NCBI GenBank assembly: GCA_040285855.1
Contig: JAUFOQ010000001.1
Span: forward strand, 2,294,001 to 2,358,000
Reading direction: 5' to 3'
DNA: 64,000 bases
DNA from: Eukaryota sp. GEM-RC1
Taxonomy: Eukaryota
Below are positions 48,631 through 60,290 of this stretch, piece after piece. A program made the position numbers and the translations under genes. The notes below the pieces were generated by a model that was not told where the DNA came from, did no database searches, and worked only from the letters and a program-made list of their open reading frames with translations. How positions within the stretch are numbered: position 1 is the first letter of the stretch; every line of letters starts with the position of its first letter.

Positions 48631-49173
48631 AGTTGGTAATTGATTAATTAATATAGGCATAGAACGAAACAGAGACAAAATCAAACGAATTTGCCAAATT
48701 GATAAGAATAATCTTCTTTTTGAGACGTATACATAGATCCAAATTCTTGGCTATAATAACGATGTTCTTTTTTCTGTTTAATGGTGTAAAAATATCTGAG
48801 GAACACATTACACTATTTTTTGAACTACTTATGTTTTGCGTACAGTATAACTTACTTACATCTAATTCACATCGGAACTTACATCTAATTACGTCTACTT
48901 GTGTAAATATACAAAGTTCTGCGTCTGCACCAATTTTCCAGGGCTCTTAATTTTGATGACTTGATCCTACTGGGAGTCCCCATAAGTGACGACTCAACTG
49001 TCCAGTCGAATAAATCAAGTCAACTTGGGGTCATATGGGATTTGGTCAAGTCAACTGAACTCGATTTGAATCGTTTATCAACTCTATCATTTTCTAATAA
49101 CTTAAAAACAATGGAGAAACATTGATGAATTACAAATCTAAAATACTTAAAGAAGATCATATGTTCAAGAAAC

Positions 49174-50337
49174 CTACCGTTCAATTTTAACGTTTCGATT
49201 AATTTTTACCGCATCTGCTAATGCTCTAGCTCCACCTTCTCCAATACTGCTGTACTTCAAGTCAAGTGTTGATAATGTGGTGTTAACTTGTATAGCATCT
49301 GCTAATATCCTTGCAGCATCCTCATTAATAGACTTTCCACCCATTTGAATACTGGTCAGAGTAGCATTAACTTTCAATGCCTCTGCCAATGCTCTAGCAC
49401 CTTCAGTACCAAAAGTGTTGTGACTCAGGTTAATGTGCGTCAATACAACATTTACTTTTAAAGCCTCTGCTAATGCTCTGGCACCTTCAGCACTAACAAG
49501 ATTGTTAAAAAGATCTAAACTTTTCAGTACCTTATTAACTTTCAACGCATCAGCCAACGCTTTAACACCTTCATCTCCAATAAAATTCCGACTCAAAACA
49601 AGACTTGTCAACCCAGTATTAACTTTCAAAGTTTCGGCCAAAGCTATGGCTCCTTCATCTCCAATAGAGTTGTACCTCAGATTAATATGTGTCACTGAAT
49701 TATTAACCCTTAACAATTCGATCAACGTCATAGATATAGAAGGATGAACTGCAACATGGAGTCGTTTGACAAAGGGGAAGAAACAGGAAAGATTGTTCAG
49801 AAACTCTATTTCTTCAGTGTTTTCGAAATACAGGGAGAATCCTGATACGATTGGGGCGTGGTCAAGAATTTCTTCAACTTTAGAGATTTTATAAACGTGG
49901 AAGAAAACAGATCGAACCTCTGCTTCAAAGAGAGAAGCGTATGAACAGAGTTGAGGAAGATCTTCAGGTACTATAGGAAATGTATTACCTTGAAAGAACA
50001 TCCTAACTGCTAGAAAAGCAGCCTGAAGAAACTGTCGACTTACGTAACCATGTCGTTCAATGAAAGTGTACAATCCGTCCTTGAAATTAAAGAGAGGACG
50101 ACGAGGATCATCGTAAGAAACTTCGAGAGAAGACGTTAAGAGAAGGTCAAGCAAGTGACGCTGTATCAAAATCAAAAGAGAATGTTGAAATCGGACATTC
50201 TTTGTTACTTTAGCAGGGGTTTTTGAGTGAGGGAAAAGTCTAGGATGGTGAGATGAAGGTCCCCTACGCAATCGCTTGTTTTTCACAACGCCAGTATGGT
50301 TCCTTTCACCCTTCTTAAGCATGTATGAAGCATACAT
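49174..50337 (-). CDS. LRR-family protein with 6 LRRs and a basic leader
   Basis: RFQHSLLILIQRHLL...HGYVSRQF domain, 28-aa repeats, VKIER end. Confidence 0.88.
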   Translation of the reverse strand: MYASYMLKKGERNHTGVVKNKRLRRGPSSHHPRLFPHSKTPAKVTKNVRFQHSLLILIQRHLLDLLLTSSLEVSYDDPRRPLFNFKDGLYTFIERHGYVSRQFLQAAFLAVRMFFQGNTFPIVPEDLPQLCSYASLFEAEVRSVFFHVYKISKVEEILDHAPIVSGFSLYFENTEEIEFLNNLSCFFPFVKRLHVAVHPSISMTLIELLRVNNSVTHINLRYNSIGDEGAIALAETLKVNTGLTSLVLSRNFIGDEGVKALADALKVNKVLKSLDLFNNLVSAEGARALAEALKVNVVLTHINLSHNTFGTEGARALAEALKVNATLTSIQMGGKSINEDAARILADAIQVNTTLSTLDLKYSSIGEGGARALADAVKINRNVKIER

Positions 50338-50632
50338 CAGATCAAATTGAAAATATAAATCCCTACATCCTAATCCAAATCATATTTGGATTGAAGTCTA
50401 GGAAAACTCTCCACCAAACTGAGTTTGTGACTAAATCTGCAGTAAAATCGATCAAACTTAGAACGAAGCTCAGTAAGGAGTGAACTTTTATGTCTATCTC
50501 TTGCAAAATACCATACATTCAACAAAATTTGGGCTACAAATGATACTACATCGGTATTAGGATAAAAAAATCTTTATAGCTATTTTTATGAGACAAAATA
50601 CAATTTTTGTTGTAACGAAATCACCAACACAC

Positions 50633-51267
50633 CTACTTGTTTTGGAACCATGAATGATCCCCCCTTAACCGAAGAGCTAAGCTCATGTCTTTCACCATCA
50701 GAGTAACTCTTTTAGCGTGTAATACACACAAATTTGAATCCTCGAATAGACCAACAAGATAGTTTTCAGCGGCTTCTTGTAGGGCCTCTAGTGCCACACT
50801 TTCTATAGGTTAGATGTATAAACAATTCACATACGGAATCTGAGAGTATCTCCACCTTGTTCACGTGCAATTTCACGAACAAGTCGAGAGAAAGGAAGTT
50901 TACGGAGAAGAAGTTCCGTTGACTTTTGGTATTTACGGATTTCCCTCAGAGCCACAGTTCCTGGGCGGTAACGATGAGGCTTCTTCGTTGTTGGGGTTTT
51001 TGTGGCCCCCTGAGCAGGCGCCCGCCGGTTTATTTTTCTAGCAGGTTGCTTAACTGACTTACCTGCGGGCCTTTTTCCGGCAGTTTTTACTGCTACTTCT
51101 CTGTTGCTTTTTCGGGCAGGTTTTGTGGTTTTCTGCGCTGTTTTTTGAGCAGTCTTTAGAGACGTTTTAGATGTCTTTTGAGCATGTAATTGCCCAAGTG
51201 AAACAGTCTTAGACTGGGAAGGGGAAGATTCTTCTTCAGGAGAAGTAGACCTATTGGTATCAGACAT
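50633..51267 (-). CDS. Histone H3 variant, probably centromeric CenH3/CENP-A; exons 51267-50835 and 50802-50633
   Basis: [26 protein letters not shown]. Splicing out 50803-50834 gives [54 protein letters not shown]. It has a long non-canonical tail, LPFSRL (no Q68), loop 1 one residue longer, and T107 replaced by S. Confidence 0.88.
50803..50834 (-). other. 32-nt spliceosomal intron
   Basis: GTATGTGAATTGTTTATACATCTAACCTATAG. Removing it restores the histone fold exactly. Confidence 0.92.
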
Positions 51268-51809
51268 AAGATCTTTTTATGATGAAAGGGGATTTTAGAA
51301 AGGACAGGTTGAGAACTTTTGTCGTGTCTAAGTTTTTTGCCGTGTCCAACTCACATAATCACGGCAAAATACCAGAAATGCCCGCATACATCTCTTCTTT
51401 CATAATCGTTTATATCATTCCATAACCTCTATTCTTCAGCCACTACTTTACATCATCTACAGATTCGTTTTATATTCTCATGTTCGACTTTCCACATCGT
51501 CGTAGTCTATCAATTGAATTTCTTCTACTTCTATCTGGTTTACTTCTATCTTGATCCAATTCTTCCAACCAATTGTCTGCAATCTATCATGCTAGTCCTC
51601 TCATGTCCTTGTCGTTCTTTTCCGTGTCCGTCTTTCATACACTACCAGTTCTGTACTTTAAGTCCCAAAGATCAAATCTCTATCATTGCCGAAGTTAAAA
51701 CATCAAGTGACATCTTTTTCTTTGTCTATCTATGATTACGCAACTTTTCGATCTTATATCCTTCAAATGACCAATGATACATATTTCATTCTTCATTTAC
51801 TCAACCGCG

Positions 51810-51955
51810 TTCCTCCCGCTGTCAGAACCAAGATCGAACTAACGCTAACCCAAGATGAAGAAGTTGGTGACGGAACATCCTCAGTCATGATCCTCGCTTC
51901 TGAACCCCTTGCCTACGCTGAACCTCTCTTCAACTTTGACATCCACCCTCAAATG
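51810..51955 (+). pseudogene. CCT/TCP-1 chaperonin gene fragment
   Basis: TQDEEVGDGTSSVMILASEPLAYAEPLFNFDIHPQ, the nucleotide-binding GDGTT segment. Confidence 0.75.
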
Positions 51956-52229
51956 AAGATAATTTTGAAAATCCAACAGTCCTTTTTTAGATCCTCTATT
52001 GAATTTATAACTGCTCAGAAATTTTTGATAATTTCTAATTAATTGTTCAATCAGTAGCTTCTTTTGTTTTGCTCTGTATGATGAAAGGAATTTCTTCATT
52101 CAGCTATTTCTGAAGATTTTATTAAATTATTTACTAGATAATGTAAGTTAATTATTTGTGTTGATATATCAATTTAAAGCAGAAGCGTCGATTGCATTAT
52201 GGTGAGGTAATCAGTTACCTCATCGCCAT

Positions 52230-52550
52230 TCAACAGACATTGGACTGAAGGAACATTTCATTTGGAGCAACTTTAGAGGTTGTCACGAAGATTATCTCCA
52301 GGGAAGTACTCAGAACTTCAGGAGAGCTATCAGTAGTTGTCATCTCACAGTAGCGTATCGAATCTTGAGAAATGACTGAACATGATGCTGCTGAGTCAAA
52401 CTCTCCTACTACTGGTACGTTGTTGATTAACAATCTAATACATAAAGAATCGTTTCCTTTAAAATCGAACCCTAGCTGGTTGAGACTACGAATTGTTTCA
52501 ACTGATGATGTACTTCTACCCTTGCTTAAATATGTGTTCAAAGCAGCCAA
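52230..52550 (-). mobile_element. Retropepsin-like protease remnant (LTR retrotransposon)
   Basis: IRLLINNVPVVGEFDSAASCSVISQ resembles the D(S/T)GA active-site context. Confidence 0.55.
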
Positions 52551-55199
52551 AGGGTTGGTTTATTTAATTATGTGGTGTATTGTTGTGTTGTTCAATGTGT
52601 TGACCTGAGTCGATTTTGTAAGTATACTTGGAAGATTTAGTATTTCTGACACTACGAACATCACCAGATCTACCTTTCATGGACTTTCTTTAAATATCGG
52701 ATGACTGTGGCTTACCAAAGTTTGCCAATGTCATTGCACTGTTGGTGACTTCGTATGATGGAGCATTTTTAAAGTCATTCCGTCAATTATTTCATTTTCT
52801 ATACGATCAGGCTGATGTTGTATTACTTCAAATCAAAGCGTGACAAACTCCAATAACCGATCCAACTGTATGTGTCTCTTCAAATGACTTATGGTGCTAC
52901 TTCAACGAGTTTGTTTTGTTTGAGACTTCTTAAGTCAGTTCTGGTTCATTGTCAAGAATGCGCAATTCTTTAAAGAGTAAATCGACTGTCCAGTAGCAAT
53001 TTGATATTTTGTAACTTCTATGTTGAGTCGTTGAGATGCACAACCTACTAAAGGCACTTCTAGTAATCATGACAGTAATTTGTTGACAGGGGAATTATCC
53101 TCTACAATGAATAGAAAATTATAAACCTTTTTGTTAGATGCCTCAAGAACAATATCACTGGTCCTGGTAACAATGTCTTATCTAGTTTATTACTGTCAAT
53201 ACCAAGAAGGGTTCCACTTTCAAAAGGATGGTCTTCACTGTACTCAGTGTCGAGCTCAACAATGAAAGAGAGAAACCAGGATCAAAGATTGTCGATTAGG
53301 TACAGTGTCAAATATACCATTTAACTCTGTGTGTTGGTTGCAGGACAATTCTATTCATCCAAAACAAGACCATTGAGCCGATTAGAGACTTGGTCAACAT
53401 CTTTCTTATACAGCAGACGGAAATACTTCTCTTTCCACAAAGAGGAAAAATTGTTTTTAAATCGAGAACAAGCCATTCCAAGTTATTGTGAATAGCATAG
53501 TCGAATCATGTTGTAAAGGAACAACCAAAGACATTATACTTGAAGAGTGAGTTGCATCCTGAATCTCGTTTAGTAGGTCCTTGTGACGACATCGCACATT
53601 TCGTGCAAGGTTTGGATAGCAATTAGCTATTCAGATTGTATAGACGTAACCTTTTCTAATACCAAGGTGACAGGCACTCCATCCAGAACAGAGGGTTGTG
53701 GTTTAGCATATTTAAAAACTAAGGAGAATGTCTCTTTGGGAGTAGAGAAAGACGACATAATGTTAGGAGAAGCAGACAGATTTGACAGTTTCTGACAAGA
53801 TTGTGGTCTAGCAGAGGGGGTGAAAGACCACTGAGATCCGTCATACGAAGAATAAGTCGAATACTCACAACCCTGTTTCGAAGTTCTAGGAACATTAGGA
53901 GCGACTTCCTTTCTGCACCGATAGTTCCCAAAGGATCTTAATATATTTTACAATTTTGCAAAAATTGTTTTTCCACTTTGCTGTTTATGAGAACTTCGAA
54001 GTCTCGATGCTGTTGTGTTGATATTAGTATTTACCACAACGTCAACTGGTGGCAGTATCGGGTGACATATGTCCAGTTTCTGTGACTTTTTTGTAAATGA
54101 TTGCGCATAGTGTCTGTATTTTTTTATACGTGACTGCATTGACGCTATTTTCCTTCACATACACTAAATTTAATTAGTGGATATCATCAGCAGAATCGGC
54201 ATCAATAGCGAAGGTTGTGACAGTAGAATTAAGTTTTTTGCCTTGTGGAGAGTGTCAAAGAGTAGAGGTATTTGTAGTAGTAGTTGAGCGTTGCGGTGAA
54301 GGAGGAATATTTTCTTCTAAATATTGGGAATTATCTCCGTTATCAAATGGCTCAAGAGTTGCATTCGCTTAATTATCAGTATTGCTAGGCATTATGTATG
54401 GATTTAAAGCAACATTAATTTGATGTACTTCTAGTTTTTAACATGACCAAAATTACACAGTTCAACTCTGACACCTTTTTACATATCTGTTTATAGATGT
54501 AATAGACTAAACGACAAAGATTTGATATCATTAGAAGATTTGAACATCACCCCTGTTATCAAATCTCACAACATCTTTGTCCTCATACAAGGAACTCACA
54601 GCTAATAAAAACAGTAAAAACGATACCACTTCAGCGTACTATATGATCAAAACGTTTATTCATTCTATTTTTTGCGATTTACTCCGAAATCCTTTAAAAT
54701 TTGGATGCTTTTTTTCGTCAACGGTGCTTTTCCCATAACATTGAGGACCTCCACAGTTACGCATCTTCTTTAGTTGAAGAACAACTGTCCTATCCGACCT
54801 AAACTAATTCGGTATTGATCCCAATTTCGCACAAGTCTTTAGGAAGGTTCAGTACTTCAGAACATATCCAAGATCGTCATTATTCAGGCATAAATCAATT
54901 ATTGTTCAAGTGTCTCTGGCAGAAGATTGAATTATTTAAGATCAAATGTCCCTGCTATACATTGAAATTGAACAAGTTCGTTTCGTTTCAGCTGTTGTTC
55001 GTTAATTTTGTTTCTATTGTATCTACAAAATAAGCAATTCATTGTTTTTTGTTATAATATGTAAAATGTTTTGGCAATGATAAATTATCATATACATACC
55101 AATTTAGAAAATGTAATATGTTAAATCCCTGACATCAGGGAGAGACTTGTCACTATACAACAAAGAATAAATGGAACTTAGATACTGTGGAATGCTTTC

Positions 55200-55820
55200 A
55201 TTTTGGTAAATAGAAGACTCTGTTGTTTATTTCAGAAGAAATGTTTCAGTTCCTTCTTAAGAACAAGAAGAATTATCTAATTTTTTAGAAAAAATTGGTT
55301 CAGAACTCAACACAATTTTTTCATACGATATTGAAAAACATACTAAGTTTTTTATTTTAACGATTTGCTACTCCGGAAAAATAACACATCTCTCGAGATC
55401 TACTGATCCTTCAATCGCTCTGAACTTTTGTAGATCTTTTAACGAGTTGAAGATTAATTTTTTTGCTTTTTTGTTAGAAGTTGATTCAACGTTACTTAGA
55501 AGTCATTTGTTTACTACTGCTCATTTTGGTGGTATTGGTTTTACCAAATCTTCAATTCTTTGCAAATCTGCTTTTTTAGGCGGTGGAAGAAATTTCATCT
55601 TTGAATTTGTTAATCGATTTCCTAATGATGTTTCACTTATTAACCCCAATTCATGTAAATATTTATTTGGCTTAACCGCAGCGTTAATCAAATTACCTTT
55701 TGACGTTTGGTCTCAGTGTTTCCCAGAATCTGTGTCTGAAATACCTGAATAATGTTTGACTAATCTTCAGTTCTGTCTGAAATAGTACAACAGAAACTCA
55801 CAAATACTTTTGAAAGCTTG
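55200..55820 (+). mobile_element. CRE-like non-LTR RT thumb remnant
   Basis: CYSGKITHLSRST...HLFTTAHFGGIGF. Confidence 0.65.
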
Positions 55821-56036
55821 GTCAGATATAAGTCTGGTGATTTCCTGTATTCTATTTGATAGCCTGGACCATGTCAATTTTTTTTATGTGGAAACTATGA
55901 TCATAAATCAATTGCTTAATAAAGTCGTTTGTTGTGACTATAGTATTATGTTCTAGTACGGGCCATCACCTAGAATCTCTCTAATTTAGGTTATTATTGT
56001 AAGTATCGTATTGAAATATGTCAGCACTGACATTAT

Positions 56037-56111
56037 CAGCGTTATGTGCCATACGGCCATACGCGTATGGCCCGTATGGCAGTCGAAAAATTGCATTATT
56101 GCATAACGCTG
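56037..56111. mobile_element. 75-bp hAT-type micro-MITE
   Basis: TIR CAGCGTTATG/CATAACGCTG. TSD GACATTAT/GAAATTAT (1 mismatch). Internal CCATACG/CGTATGG palindromes. Confidence 0.7.
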
Positions 56112-56593
56112 GAAATTATTGTTGATGGTTAGAGTTCTGAAGTTTCACATTGTTTTATGACGACTGAACTTAATTACGAATCTTCCATATTTAGAGGTCT
56201 CAATCGTAGTATACACATAGTAGGGCTTTTATATACATGTCTACTTACTTGAATATATCTGTAAACGTTTTGACTATTGCTCATATTTGATTCGCAAATA
56301 TAGATTCTGAGATCTATGTAAGAGCTCCAAAATAATGCTTAGTAATATCACAAAGATTTATTTTGTCACTGTTAACTAATCAAACTTCGACTAATACACC
56401 GTGCGGTACATTGCTCAACTTTACCAAATTTATTGTGGGAATTGAGTAGAGTTCTTAAAAAACCTGAAAATCATAGGTCAGGACCAAACTACAAACTACC
56501 GAATATTGTAACGTCAGGGAACCGTTTGTTAGATATTCAAAAAGTAAAAGACGTTTTGTTTTAATTGAAGAGAAGAACAAACCGAATCTAATA

Positions 56594-56765
56594 TTAAATT
56601 TCAATTTTGTTAATGGCGTTTAACACATCTGACAAAGCTCTAGCGCCTTCGTCTCCAATAGAGTTGGAACTTAGATTAATACTGGTAACTGTGGTATTAA
56701 TTTTCAACGCATCTGCCAAAGCTCTAGCGCCTTCATCGCCAATAGAGTTTCCCTTCATGAGAATG
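56594..56765 (-). pseudogene. 5'-truncated LRR-family fragment (last 2 repeats plus cap)
   Basis: ILMKGNSIGDEGARALADALKINTTVTSINLSSNSIGDEGARALSDVLNAINKIEI*, fused to unrelated upstream sequence. Confidence 0.8.
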
Positions 56766-57954
56766 CCAGATAGTGAACAAACGCGGCAACAATAGGCAAT
56801 ATAATGTTGTTTGTCTACTGGAGGTTCTAGTTGGGGCGTGACTTTCAAAAAGATGCGTTTTGCTATCTCTTTTGCCGTGTACAGATTTTTAGAAGAAATT
56901 ATTCTTTCATTGGAGCTTATATATTCCACTGCATGGTCTTTGTTCATTTCCTTCCTCGTAAGAAAGCGATGTATGTTCTATTATACAATGTATTCTCCCA
57001 CAACGATTCGAAACAACACTGGTGTACCAACTTTTACACTAACAATAACTAACAATATACTGCAATACATTGTTATTGTACGTGTACCAACAATAACATA
57101 TTGTTATTGTACTTATTGCAATATATTGCAATACGGAGTCTTTGTTGAGAATTTTGTTCTGTAATTTATTCATTGCTAATCTTGTTTTCCATATGTTTGC
57201 ATCGTTGCCATGTTCAATCTCTGAACAGATATTGTAAATGATACATTAAAGCCAACATCTTTTTTAAATTATCGAAGTACTTGATTTTAATGATCTAGAA
57301 TGCAATTGAACTTGTATTGCTAATAATCGACTCATGGTTCGAGTCAACTCGAGTGTGTAACTGATGACTTGACACGACTGGTTAGTCCCATATGTCGAGT
57401 CAGACTGACTCAACTCGAAACTCATGAGTTTCACTTGACTCAAATTACAACGCTATTCAGAGTGAGCAAGCAAACAATTAAATTCTTAATTAAATGATTT
57501 GATGAAGGTTTTGTTACACCAGTGCTGACCATTGTAATAATAGTTGATTTATGACACAAAACGATGTCATGACGGTATGTAAACTCTATTGATAGCAACG
57601 AGCAGACTCCTTCAAATTCATCACAGTAGGTCAATACATCCAAGATAACATTCAATGTAAAACTAACACTGAATAATATAATAGCTAGCTTGATTACTTT
57701 GATATTGATGAGAGTTTCGAGGTCTGTCCCACGACTAATGAATAATCAGCTCCTAGTCTATTCTCTAATCAAGGGATGTGGTTTCAATCTTGTATGATCA
57801 ATATACTCTAACCTCACATGAGGGGACGTTATTGAAAATACTGATATGAACAGTGTTCTGTTTGGCGATTATTCCATTTTATTCTGAATCAATCGAATCA
57901 TTGAAGTATGTATTGGAAAAACAAATAAATGAATCTATGTAGATGTGTACAAAT

Positions 57955-58986
<1,032 letters not shown>

Positions 58987-59539
58987 TTAAGTGTAATAAG
59001 TTCTATCCATATTAGTGTACAACTCAGTCCAATTAGTTCTATTAGGTCCCTCATAACGTGTTGACAATTCCCAAAGACTACACCATTTAAAGCTTTGTTA
59101 CTATTTCCCACGTCGTAAGTAACCGCCATTTTATTGATAGAAGTTAGATAATTCAGGTGAGAGTTTCTTAAATACTGTCAAAAGAATACAAGTTGTACAC
59201 ATCCACTAGAATCACACTCACTGATTTAAAGCAATGCCAGACTTTAGGTTAAACAAAACACCCAAATTTTGAGTTCAAAGATGACGATAAATTGATCGTG
59301 TTTCTTGTCAGTGAGATGCTGAAGAAATGAGATTTTCCTATTCCTTGGAAGAAGGAATAGTGTTACGCCGTTCCTGTCAAATAAATGCTGCCGAAGCCTA
59401 GCATTAATACAGTCTGATCAAAGCTTGTGAATGAATGAATTTCGTTCTGCTTTATTTCAATTATCGATGAGAAACAGACCTGGTAAAATCAAAAGGATGA
59501 ATCAAGCACAAGTACAGAAATATAAAAATCTATCTTGAA

Positions 59540-60290
59540 TAACATTTTGTCTTCAGAAATTTGCTTTAAAGAAGCTACAAAATCATTGGTTGAAATATTT
59601 TGAAAGTTGAGATTTCACAGTCCGTCCTTGCTCGGCTAAGGAAAAAATCCAGCTTTCGCTAATTTTATAATAGATTTAAAGGAGAGTTCTGATGTGACAT
59701 TAATTAATCAAATTCCACAACTATATGGTCTATTATGAAATGGTCAGCAATGGACCACTATAATCAGACTCCGTCGTTGTTTATGGCCATATAATTTGCC
59801 AAATGATCTTCAATGCAGCTGTGGAAAACAATTCACGTTTTCTCATTTGTTAAGTTGTAATCGCGACATAACTTATCGAACGTGTATGCATGGTGCTGTA
59901 AGAGATCAAATACATGTTATGTGTAAGTCTTACAAAATTGAGTCATTTGTTGAACATCTTCTAAGATCTTTAGAACCAAATAATAATTGTAGTGTCGAAA
60001 AACAGAACCAATTTTTGGGTAAACGGAGAGCTGCTGCTGTTGTCCCTTCTTCTTCAGACAAATTGTTTGTTGTTGATGTAGTGTCCGTGGATGTTTGTAA
60101 AAAGACATCTTTAAAGAATGATTACTCTGAAACTTCTCTTTAGACATTTCTGAACAAGATAAATACAAAAACCCATTGTTGTGTCTAAAACGTGTAAAAC
60201 AGGTTGAATACGAATTATGACCTTTTGATGTTTTAATCCATGGCCGTTTAAGAAAAAATCATTGAAGTTTTTAAAACAATTCCCCTAATC
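59540..60290 (+). mobile_element. CRE-like non-LTR retrotransposon C-terminal remnant (CCHC + restriction-like endonuclease)
   Basis: CSCGKQFTFSHLLSC...RTCMHGAVRD...GKRRAAAVV...FVVDVVSV. The first catalytic D position appears mutated. Confidence 0.75.

Noticed and set aside
50295..50340. Faint resemblance of the 50337 LRR leader to the LSU rRNA 5' end
   Set aside because: Too short and degenerate to distinguish from chance by eye.
57325..57455. GACTC/GAGTC-rich patches (also ~48955-49086, ~14850-14900)
   Set aside because: Probably solo hAT ends, but no partner TIR or TSD could be identified.
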